A DNA stretch of 64,000 nucleotides from an uncultured delta proteobacterium (GTDB taxonomy: Bacteria; Myxococcota; UBA727; VGSZ01). This document shows positions 10,122 to 18,296 of this stretch, piece by piece. A model generated the notes under the pieces. The model saw only the letters and a list, made by a program, of their open reading frames with translations. It did no database searches and was not told where the DNA came from. A program made the translations under genes and the position numbers. The DNA lies in contig CAVZJB010000005.1 of the NCBI GenBank assembly GCA_963775425.1, positions 256,001-320,000 on the forward strand. The letters are read 5' to 3'. Every line of letters begins with the position of its first letter. The first letter of the stretch is position 1.

Positions 10122-10226
10122 CTCTCGTAGACGATCAGAGCCGGCGCCGTCGCCGGCTCTTTCTTCATCCACTCGTTCGTCCGCTTCTTCGGCAACGGCC
10201 GCCCGAGCTGTGCGAGGCTCCCGGCG

Positions 10227-11228
10227 ATGACGGAACCGGCAGAGACCATCGCGGACGACGAGGCTGCGCGCTTCGAGGGCTACGCCGCCGAGCTGCGCGC
10301 CATGCAGAAGCGGCGCGCGGAGCGGCGCGGGACGGTGTCGCGGGCCCTGCATGCGAAGCAGCACCTCGGCCTCGTCGGCGAGCTCACCGTCACCGCCGCG
10401 GAGGACATGAGGCGGGGCGTGTTCGCCGACGCCGGGCGCACCTACCCTGTGTACGTCCGCTACTCGAACGGCTCGGGCGACCGTCGCGCCGACGCCGCCC
10501 CGGACGCCCGCGGCGTCGCCGTAAAGCTCGTCGGTGTCGCCGGCAAGAAGATCATCCCGGGCCTCGAGGACAAAAAGACGCAGGACTTCCTCTTCATCGC
10601 CGAGCCCGCCATCGCGTTTCGCAGCCCCGACGAGTTCATGAAGTTCGCGCGCGTCGCCGACAAGGGGCCGCTCGCCCTGCTCCCCGCGCTGCTGTCGTCG
10701 TTCGGCCTCGGGCGCGGCCTTCAGGTGCTCCGTCGGCTGGCTGCCATCCCCAAGGTCGCGTCCATGGCCGCGCACCCTTTCTACACGGCGGTCCCGATCC
10801 TCTTCGGCGAGGGCGCTGCGGTGAAGCTCGCGCTCGTCCCCACCGACGCAGCCGCCGGCGACGCGTCCGGACCCGACGCGCTGCGCGACGACCTCGCGCG
10901 GCGCGTGAAGGCGGGGCCGCTCACCTACAGCATGCGCGCGCAGCGGTTCGCGGACGAGCGCAGCACGCCCGTCGAGGACGCTTCGGTGGCGTGGGCGACG
11001 CCGTTCGTGGAGATCGGCAAGCTGACGCTGCCGCGGCAGGACCCGGATTCGGAGGCCGGGCGCGCGGTGGAGGCGCTGGTGGAGTCGTTGTCTTTCGATC
11101 CGTGGCACGCCGTCGAGGCGCACCGCCCTCTCGGCGCGGTGATGCGCGCGCGGGCGGTGGCCTATCGGGAGTCCGTGCTGGCGCGGCGGGCGGCGGACGA
11201 GCCCGAGGCCGTGTTGCCCCCGGGCTGA
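10227..11228 (+). CDS. Catalase-like heme-binding protein (short catalase-related family)
   Basis: RALHAKQH, VRYSNG, DARGVAVKL, QDFLF, LSFDPWH..HRPLG.VMRAR.VAY (proximal Tyr). Confidence 0.88.
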   Translation: MTEPAETIADDEAARFEGYAAELRAMQKRRAERRGTVSRALHAKQHLGLVGELTVTAAEDMRRGVFADAGRTYPVYVRYSNGSGDRRADAAPDARGVAVKLVGVAGKKIIPGLEDKKTQDFLFIAEPAIAFRSPDEFMKFARVADKGPLALLPALLSSFGLGRGLQVLRRLAAIPKVASMAAHPFYTAVPILFGEGAAVKLALVPTDAAAGDASGPDALRDDLARRVKAGPLTYSMRAQRFADERSTPVEDASVAWATPFVEIGKLTLPRQDPDSEAGRAVEALVESLSFDPWHAVEAHRPLGAVMRARAVAYRESVLARRAADEPEAVLPPG

Positions 11229-11280
11229 TTCCGGGCCCGGGGAGCAATGCCCGGGCAATCACCGGCGTCCGTGTGAGTGC

Positions 11281-11649
11281 CTACTTCTTCGCAGGGAAAT
11301 ACTTGGTGCCGCGCGCCTGGCCCGTGAAGCGGACCTTCTTGTCTGCGACGAGCTTCTTCATCACGCGCGACAGGGGCTTGCTGGCGACGCCCAGGCTGTC
11401 GGCGATCTGCTCGATGCGGCGTCCGCCTTCGCGCTCCACCTCACGGAGGAGGGCCTCCGGGCTCACCTTGCTGCTGCGCGCGCCCGCGCGCGCGCCGCGG
11501 CGGGCGACGGCTCCTCGTCCACCACGCGCGGAGGCGCCGCCGAGGGCGTCCGAGACCGAATCAGCGACGGCGCGCTGCAGGATGTTGGTGACGTCGGCAG
11601 CGAATGCCTCGATGCGCTGAGCGAGTTGGCGTTGAATCTGATCATTCAT
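11281..11649 (-). CDS. Small basic DNA-binding protein with C-terminal winged-helix
   Basis: N-terminal amphipathic helix; Arg/Gly linker; IEQIADSLGVASKPLSRVMKKLVADKKVRFTGQARGTKYF. Confidence 0.8.
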   Translation of the reverse strand: MNDQIQRQLAQRIEAFAADVTNILQRAVADSVSDALGGASARGGRGAVARRGARAGARSSKVSPEALLREVEREGGRRIEQIADSLGVASKPLSRVMKKLVADKKVRFTGQARGTKYFPAKK

Positions 11650-11724
11650 CGGCCCTCAATAGCAGCGGGCCCGGTTTTTCGCAGCAAACTTTTCAGATTA
11701 TCGCCCTGCGGGCGATCTGGGGAC

Positions 11725-11740
11725 TGCAACAGATGTTGCA
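11725..11740. promoter_or_regulatory. Candidate operator, perfect 7-2-7 inverted repeat
   Basis: TGCAACA-GA-TGTTGCA in an AT-richer divergent intergenic region. Confidence 0.4.
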
Positions 11741-12041
11741 CCGAGGAACCCGAACCAACCCATGGAAAACACATGCACTTTCCAGGACCCCGGCCCGCCG
11801 CGCAAGCGGAATCGGCCTCGAAAACGCGTGGCCCGAGGGGCCTCGGCGGGGAAGATTTGACACGGGTCGGCCAAGCGCGGCCGGCGAATGCACCTGAATT
11901 CCCCGACCCGCGTCCTGCCCGCGAGTCGCATTGTCCCCTTGGGACGCTGGGACGGCGTCGAGACGGTCCGCGCGCACCTGACGAGCGACGTCGTTCGCCG
12001 GCCTGGTCGAGTCGTGGCGCCCCGCTTGCTATGATCCGCGG

Positions 12042-12870
12042 ATGAGGCTGCGGCGCTTCGGGAGCACCGGCCGCGACGTCGCTGTCGTTGGGCAGGGCAC
12101 GTGGAACATGGAGTCCGACGTCGACGCGGCCCGCGAGGCCCTCGCGCGCGGGCTCCAACACGGCATGACCCACATCGACACCGCCGAGATGTACGGCGCG
12201 GGGGCCGTCGAGAAGATCGTCGCCGGAGCCATCCGCGGGCGGCGTGACGACGTCTTCCTCGTGTCCAAGGTGCTGCCACAAAACGCGTCCAGGAGCGGAA
12301 CCATCCGCGCCTGCGAGCAGAGCCTCGCCCGTCTCGGCACCGACCACCTCGACGTCTACCTCCTGCATTGGCGCGGCAGCCACGCGCTCGCGGAGACCGT
12401 GGCCGCGTTCGAGTCGCTCGTGGAGCAAGGGAAGATCAAGGCGTGGGGCGTGTCCAACTTCGACGTCGACGACATGGTCGAGCTCATCGGCGTCGCCGGT
12501 CCGGGCCGCTGCGCGTGCAACCAGGTGTTGATGCACCTCGAGCAGCGCTACGCCGCCGGCGCCCTCGCCGATCTCTGCCGCGCGCACGGCGTCGCGCTCG
12601 TCGCCTACAGCCCGCTCGGCAACGGATCGTTTCCCCGCGGCGAGGGGCGCGCGGTCCTCGACGACATCGCGCGCGCGCACGGCGCCGGGCCCTACGCCAC
12701 CGCGCTCGCGTACCTCGTGGAGACGGGCGCGTTCGTGATCCCCAAGGCCGCCCACCGCGACCACGTCGATGAGGACGCTGCGGCGGGCGATTCTGGTGCT
12801 CACCCCCGCCGAGCGCGCGCGGCTCGACAGGGCATTTCCCGTCCGCGGCCGCGCGCTGCCGTCCCTCTGA
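12042..12870 (+). CDS. Aldo/keto reductase, +1 frameshift near 12791
   Basis: GQGTW, IDTAEMYG, FLVSKV, DVYLLHW, WGVSNF, AYSPLG, VIPKA. Removing one T from GATTC (12789-12793) restores DLVLTPAERARLDRAFP...PSL* ending at 12870. Confidence 0.9.
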
Positions 12871-12951
12871 CGACGCGCCGACGACGACCCGACGGCACCT
12901 TCCTCGGCGGCGAGCGCGTCGCAGCGCTCGTCGCCGAGGCCCCCGCCGGCG

Positions 12952-13773
12952 CTATGACTCGCCGGGCTCCGGGCTCGCGTCCGTCTCCGGCGACGCCTCG
13001 TCCTGCTTGGCGCCGCTCCCTCCCTGGCCACGCTTGGTCTCTTCGCTCTTCCCCTTCTGGCGGACACGACCTCCGCCGCGGGCGCGCCCGCCGCGACTGG
13101 CGATGGCGCGCTGTTGCTCCGGCGTCATCGCAGCGAAGCCCATGGGGTGACGGCCGCCGCGACGATACTCGCCGCGCTCGACCTCTTCGCGAGCTTCGGT
13201 GTCCCAGCGTGCGTGGCCGCCCATGCGCCCGATCTTGCTGCGCTCGTCGGGGCGACGTTCCTCTTGCGCCGCGCGTCCGCCCTTCCGGCCGATCGCGCTT
13301 CGTTCCTCGGGGCGCCGCTCCTCCTGCGCCCGTCGACCGCCGCGGCTGGCGATCTCGCGTTGCTTCTCCGGCGTCATCGCGGCGAAGCCCATCGGGCGCT
13401 TCCCGCCTCTGCGGTACTCGCCGCGCTCGACGGCCTCGCGGGCCTCTTCGTCCCAGCGTGCGCGGCCGCCCATGCGGCCGATCTCACTGCGCTCTTCAGG
13501 CGCCCGCTCCTCTTGTGCGGCGCGGCCTCCCCGCCGCCCGATCTCGCTGCGCTCTTCCGCGTTGCGTTCTTCTTGCGCCCGCCTGCCTCCCCGGCTTGCG
13601 AGCTCGCGCTGGTACTCCGGATCGATGGCGGCGAAGCCGATGGGCTTTCGTCCGCCGCGCCGAAATTCCTCGCGCGCCTCCTCCTCCTCCAACTCCGTTG
13701 TCTGTTCGGGTTTCTTGTTCTGCTCGTCGCCCCCCGAGCTGCTCGAATTCGAATGTGATTCCGTAGCGGCCAT
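12952..13773 (-). CDS. KGG-repeat general stress protein (Con-10/YciG/GsiB-like)
   Basis: Three GFAA(I/M)xPExQRxxASRGG units plus ERSxIGRxGG repeats; AGGAG RBS before ATG 13773. Confidence 0.9.
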   Translation of the reverse strand: MAATESHSNSSSSGGDEQNKKPEQTTELEEEEAREEFRRGGRKPIGFAAIDPEYQRELASRGGRRAQEERNAEERSEIGRRGGRAAQEERAPEERSEIGRMGGRARWDEEAREAVERGEYRRGGKRPMGFAAMTPEKQREIASRGGRRAQEERRPEERSAIGRKGGRAAQEERRPDERSKIGRMGGHARWDTEAREEVERGEYRRGGRHPMGFAAMTPEQQRAIASRGGRARGGGRVRQKGKSEETKRGQGGSGAKQDEASPETDASPEPGES

Positions 13774-13888
13774 ACCGACTCCTCGGGGGCGCCGGTCGCG
13801 TCTGTTCACTGGGCGTGCTCATCGAGGCGACCGCTTCGCACCCGTTGCTACCTTCAACGTAACGACAGAATGGTTGGAGGAACACGTC

Positions 13889-14065
13889 ATGGTGGAGAAG
13901 GTGCTTGCGCTTCACGCGCTCATGCTTGCCTTGGTCTGGGTGCCCTTCGCGGTGGCCGGCGGGCTCATCGACACATGGCACAGCGAGGGCGGCCGGCGCT
14001 TCCGCGCGCAGTTCGTTCATCCTGTGCGCACGTGGCGGCTCACGCACGCCGGAGCACCCGCATGA
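13889..14065 (+). CDS. Small 58-aa membrane protein, hypothetical
   Basis: GGAGG at 13876-13880, ATG 13889; MVEKVLALHALMLALVWVPFAVAGGLIDTWHSEGGRRFRAQFVHP... Confidence 0.55.
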   Translation: MVEKVLALHALMLALVWVPFAVAGGLIDTWHSEGGRRFRAQFVHPVRTWRLTHAGAPA

Positions 14066-15077
14066 GCACGTGATCACCGAGCTCGTGGACGAAAAGGCCC
14101 CGTCGCCGGCCCGCCTCGATGGCGGCGTCGACGACGGGGCTCGGTGCGAAAGCGCGCAACAACGCGTCGTGGCTGGTGCCCGCTTCGTGCATCCCCGAGA
14201 GGATCCCGTCGGCGACGCGCGGAGCGAAGCCGGGGCCGATGATGAGCGACGCGATCCCGGCGCCGCCGTGCAGCGCGCCGTCGGCGTCGACGGCGCTCTC
14301 GAGCGCGCGCACCGTCGACGTGCCCACGGCGATCACCGCGCCGCCGCGCGCGCGCGTGGCGGCAACGGCGCGCGCGGTCTCCTCGGGGATCTCGTAGGCC
14401 TCCGGCAGCGGCAACAAGCGGTCGAGGGCGGGATCACCGGTGGCTGACAGCCCCGCGGCCGCGGTGAGGCGCGCGATCTCGACGCCGCGCCGCCGCAGCG
14501 CGACGAGGACGCTCGTCCGCAGCGCGCGCCCCGCCGATGGCATCTCCGCAGCCCACGGCCGCGACGCGTACGGCGTCTGCACGTCGGCGAGCGTGAGCGC
14601 GTCCGCCATGTAGCTGTACTGCACGGGCGCGGCGACGGCGAAGAGCGCGCGCGCGAGCTCCGCGTCGAGCGCGAGGCGCACCAGGCGCGGCGACAGCGGC
14701 GAAACCTCCGCGACGATCGCGCTCCCGCTGGCGCCGTCGCGGGCGCGGAGCGCGTCGCCGGCGATGACGCGCGGGGGCGGCGGCCGCCGATCGGTGTCGA
14801 CGCGCCAATCGCCGGGCCCGAAGAGCACGGCGCCGTACTTGCCGTCCTTGTCATCGAGGAGGCGGGCCTCGACGTCGGTGCCGTCGGGCGCCGTGAGCAG
14901 GAGCGACGAAGGGCGCGTGGCGGCGTCGTTGACCACGAGCAGATCGCCCGGCGCGAAGAACGAAGGCAGGGCGGCGAAGGGGTGAAGCTCGATGCAGCCG
15001 GTGCCCGGCTCGACGACGAGCAAGCGATCTTCCGCGGGATCTCTGCGCGGGCCGCGCGCGGGCTGCATGGTCATCAC
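14040..15077 (-). CDS. QueA-like SAM:tRNA ribosyltransferase-isomerase family protein (non-canonical paralog type)
   Basis: GDLLVVNDAAT, VQTPYA, AEMPSAGR, PEAYEIP, VIAVGTSTVRALES, GILSGMHE, HELGD. Confidence 0.88.
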   Translation of the reverse strand: MMTMQPARGPRRDPAEDRLLVVEPGTGCIELHPFAALPSFFAPGDLLVVNDAATRPSSLLLTAPDGTDVEARLLDDKDGKYGAVLFGPGDWRVDTDRRPPPPRVIAGDALRARDGASGSAIVAEVSPLSPRLVRLALDAELARALFAVAAPVQYSYMADALTLADVQTPYASRPWAAEMPSAGRALRTSVLVALRRRGVEIARLTAAAGLSATGDPALDRLLPLPEAYEIPEETARAVAATRARGGAVIAVGTSTVRALESAVDADGALHGGAGIASLIIGPGFAPRVADGILSGMHEAGTSHDALLRAFAPSPVVDAAIEAGRRRGLFVHELGDHVLMRVLRRA

Positions 15078-15793
15078 GGCAGCACCTCCGCCGCGAGCGC
15101 CCGCCTCCCCGAGGGGTACGCGCCGGCGTCATCGATGATCTTCAGGATCTTGTCGGCGACGTCGGCGGGGCGGGCGAGGGTCGCCGGGTCGGCGTCGGGG
15201 ATGGCGTCCTTGTGCATGGCGGTGTCCATCTCGCCGGGGTCGACGCTCAGGACGCGCACGCCGGAGCCGTCGAGCTCGGCGGCGAGGACGCGGGCGGCGT
15301 GGTCGACGGCGGCCTTGGCGGCGCCGTAGGGACCCCACGTGGGGTACGGCTCGACGGCGGCGTCGGAGCTGATGAACACGATGGTGCCGCGGCCGCGGAC
15401 CACCATGCCGCCGGCGAGCGCGCGCGTGAGCGAGAGCGGGCCCACGGCGTTCACGGCGAAGACGCGTCGAAGCTGCTCCTCGTCGACGTCCACGAGCGGC
15501 ACGAGCGGGACCGGTCCGAGCGTGCTCGCGTTGTGGACGACGAGGTCGACGTCGCCGGCGAGGCCCGAGGCTTCGGCGGCGATGCGCGCGGGCGCGCCGG
15601 GGGCGCCGACGTCGGCGGCGACGGCGAAGGCCTGGCCGCCCTGCGCGCGCGCCTCGGCGACGGCGCGCTCGAGCGCTTCGGCGCCGCGCGCGACGCCGAC
15701 GACGCGGACGCCGCGCCTGGCGAGGGCGACAAGGAGCGCGCGCCCGAGCCCCTGGCTCGCTCCGGTGATGAGTGCGGTCCCGATGCTGGTCAT
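15074..15793 (-). CDS. Short-chain dehydrogenase/reductase
   Basis: TGASQGLG, VHNAS, ISSDAA, YGAAK, VDPGEMDT; stop overlaps start of the QueA-like gene. Confidence 0.92.
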   Translation of the reverse strand: MTSIGTALITGASQGLGRALLVALARRGVRVVGVARGAEALERAVAEARAQGGQAFAVAADVGAPGAPARIAAEASGLAGDVDLVVHNASTLGPVPLVPLVDVDEEQLRRVFAVNAVGPLSLTRALAGGMVVRGRGTIVFISSDAAVEPYPTWGPYGAAKAAVDHAARVLAAELDGSGVRVLSVDPGEMDTAMHKDAIPDADPATLARPADVADKILKIIDDAGAYPSGRRALAAEVLP

Positions 15794-15884
15794 GTGCGGT
15801 GCTCCTCTTGCTGTCATATCGATGAGATGCGCCGCCCTCTCGTTCGTCGACAGAAGTTCTTCTATGTGAGAATCTCGACGTCAT

Positions 15885-16433
15885 ATGGACGCCGCCGCTC
15901 GCTTCCTCGCCGACAACCTGCGTCAATTGCGAATGGCGCGCGGGCTCACGCAGGCCCGCGTCGCCGAGTCCGCGGGCCTGCCGCGGCCGACGTACGCCAA
16001 CCTCGAGACCGGCGGGTCGAACCCGACGCTGTCGGTGCTCGTGCGCGTGGGGGCGGCGCTGCAGGTGAGCCTCGAGGAGCTGTTGTCGCCGCCGCGGGCG
16101 GCGGTGCGCTTCTTCCCCAAGGGCTCCCTGCCGGCGCGGGTCCGCGGCGACGTCGTCGTGCAGACGCTCCTGCCCGAGGCGCTCCCGGGCCTGCAGCTCG
16201 AACGCATGGAGCTTCGGCCCGGCGCGCGCATGAGGGGGACGCCTCACGTCGCGGGCACGCGCGAGTACCTCACCTGCGAGCGTGGCGTCGTCGAGCTCGT
16301 CGCCTCCGGCGAGGTCTTCAAGCTCGGCGAAGGCGACGCCGTCGTCTTCCGCGGCGACCAGGCCCACACGTACAAAAACGGCGGAAACGCGCGCGCCGTC
16401 GCGTACTCCGCCGTCGTGCTCGCCGCCACGTGA
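15885..16433 (+). CDS. XRE-family HTH regulator with cupin domain
   Basis: NLRQLRMARGLTQ...ANLETGGSNPTL; cupin PH..GTREYL...GD...FRGDQAHTYKN. Confidence 0.92.
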   Translation: MDAAARFLADNLRQLRMARGLTQARVAESAGLPRPTYANLETGGSNPTLSVLVRVGAALQVSLEELLSPPRAAVRFFPKGSLPARVRGDVVVQTLLPEALPGLQLERMELRPGARMRGTPHVAGTREYLTCERGVVELVASGEVFKLGEGDAVVFRGDQAHTYKNGGNARAVAYSAVVLAAT

Positions 16434-16455
16434 TCACGGCAGGGAGCGTCGACGC

Positions 16456-17598
16456 TCAGGGGGCGGCGACGGTTCCGGCGCGGATCGGGACGACGACGCC
16501 GTCCCCGAACGAGGGGAGGGCGCCCTCGTGGGTGGTGGTGACGAACACCTGGGCGCCGGTGTCGTCGACGGCGCGCAGCAAGCGCGCGGCCTTCTCGGGG
16601 TCGAGCTCGCCGGCGACGTCGTCGAGCAGCAGCAGCGGGCCGGTGCCGCGCGCTTCGGTGACCAGGCGCACGGCCGCGAGCTTCATCGCGAGCACCAGCG
16701 CGCGCGCCTCGCCCTGGGACGCGAGGAAACGCGCCTTGCGGTCCGCCTTGAGGAGCACGACGTCGTCGTGGTGCGGCCCCATCGCCGTCGAGCGCCGCTT
16801 GAGCTCCTGCGCGCGCGCGGCGCCGAGGGCCTCGGAGAGCGACGAAGCGAGCGCCGCTTCGTCGAGCGCGCGGGCGGCGGCGAGGGCGTCCCCGTCCGCG
16901 CGCGCCACGGCGGCGGCGCCGGAGACGGCGGGGGCGTAGGCCATGTGGGCCAGGAGCGCGTCGCCGCCGACGGCGCGGGCCTCGGCGCGGAACGCAGGCG
17001 CCCAGCGGGCGACGGCGACGGCGCGGGCCCTGGTCAAAGCGGCGGCGGCGGCGCAGAAGGGAGCGTCGTAGCTCTCGAGCAATTCCTCGTCGACGACGGG
17101 CGCCTTGAGCACGCGGTTTCGCCGCTCGAGCGCCTCCTCGAAGCGGCGGGCGACGACGGCGAACGCCGGGTCCAGCGAGTACGCGAAGCGGTCGAGGCCG
17201 CGCCGGCGCAGCTCGGGACCTCCGCGGATCATGGCGGCGTCGTCGGGCAGGAAGCTCACCACGCCGATGCGCGCCGCGACCTCGCCGACGTCGCGCACGC
17301 TCTTGCCGGCGACGCTCGCCCTGCGCCCCTTGGGCTCGACGAGGACCTCGATGGGCAGCGGGCCGTCCAGCTCGAAGCGCCCCCGCGCCACGCCGCGCTC
17401 GCGTCCGAAGCCGACGAGGTCGGCGGCGCGCTCGAGCGGCCGCAGCGGGCGCAGCGCGGCGAGCAGGTGGATGGCTTCGAGCAGGTTGGTCTTCCCCTGG
17501 CCGTTTGCGCCCACGAAGACGTTCAAGCGCCGGTGGGGCCGAAGGTCGATCTCCGCGAGGTTGCGCACGCCGTCGACGAAGAGGTGCTCGAGGTGCAT
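16456..17598 (-). CDS. recF: DNA replication/repair protein RecF
   Basis: VRNL, FVGANGQGKTNLLEAI, GGPELRRRGLD, GPHHDD, ASQGEAR, LLLLDDVAGELD. Confidence 0.93.
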   Translation of the reverse strand: MHLEHLFVDGVRNLAEIDLRPHRRLNVFVGANGQGKTNLLEAIHLLAALRPLRPLERAADLVGFGRERGVARGRFELDGPLPIEVLVEPKGRRASVAGKSVRDVGEVAARIGVVSFLPDDAAMIRGGPELRRRGLDRFAYSLDPAFAVVARRFEEALERRNRVLKAPVVDEELLESYDAPFCAAAAALTRARAVAVARWAPAFRAEARAVGGDALLAHMAYAPAVSGAAAVARADGDALAAARALDEAALASSLSEALGAARAQELKRRSTAMGPHHDDVVLLKADRKARFLASQGEARALVLAMKLAAVRLVTEARGTGPLLLLDDVAGELDPEKAARLLRAVDDTGAQVFVTTTHEGALPSFGDGVVVPIRAGTVAAP

Positions 17599-18245
17599 CA
17601 GCGCGGCAGGGTCTTGAGCGCCGCGCGCGCCGCCTGGATGGCGCTCTCGCCCGCCCGAGCGCCGAGCTTCACGACCTCGTCGTACTTCTTGCGCGCCAGC
17701 GCGAAGTCCTGGCCGGTGCCGCCGTCGGCGTAGGCGGCGGCGACGCGCAGGATGTAGTGCGCCTTCTCGACGGGCTCCTGCACCTGCGCCGCCAGCGCGA
17801 GCAGGTGCTCGATGCGGTCCTTGTCGCACGCCATGACCTCGGCCTGCGGCGCGCCGCTCTCGCGCAGCAGGAGCGAGAGGAAGTCGAGCGCCTGCGCCGT
17901 GTGGATCGACGGTCGTACGCCGAGGGGCAGGAGCTTCTTCAATTCGAAGATCGCCTGCTTGGTCTTTTTCTGTCCGTGCAGGCACAAGGCCAGGCTCACC
18001 CGCGCCTCCGCCGACACCGCCGCCCCCCGCTCATTCGCTGCCAGCTTGAACAGCTCGATGGCGCCCACGTTGTCCTGGTGGCGGAACAGGCGGCCGAGGC
18101 CCAGGCGGTAGCGCATCTCCGCGGCGGTGGGGCCGGTGTCGTCCACCTCGAGGTACGCGAGGCGCGCCTCGTCGAGACGGTCGGGATCCCCCGCGTCTTC
18201 GGCGGCACGCACGGCACGCAGGCGGTCTTCGATGGAGTCGCTCAT
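17598..18245 (-). CDS. TPR-like helical repeat protein
   Basis: AEMRYRLG and AEARVSLALC-type TPR helices; TGATG overlap with recF start. Confidence 0.8.
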   Translation of the reverse strand: MSDSIEDRLRAVRAAEDAGDPDRLDEARLAYLEVDDTGPTAAEMRYRLGLGRLFRHQDNVGAIELFKLAANERGAAVSAEARVSLALCLHGQKKTKQAIFELKKLLPLGVRPSIHTAQALDFLSLLLRESGAPQAEVMACDKDRIEHLLALAAQVQEPVEKAHYILRVAAAYADGGTGQDFALARKKYDEVVKLGARAGESAIQAARAALKTLPR

Positions 18246-18296
18246 GGTCCCAAGGCCTCTCTAGCGTATCTCGGAGTCGCAAGGTAGCTCGGGCCG

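Noticed and set aside
12789-12793. Programmed ribosomal frameshifting in the aldo/keto reductase or MDR genes
   Set aside because: No slippery heptamer or evident stimulatory structure; the shared GATC context points to a sequencing artefact.
10045-16433. Prophage or integrative element at tRNA-Pro
   Set aside because: No integrase, phage gene or att duplication seen.
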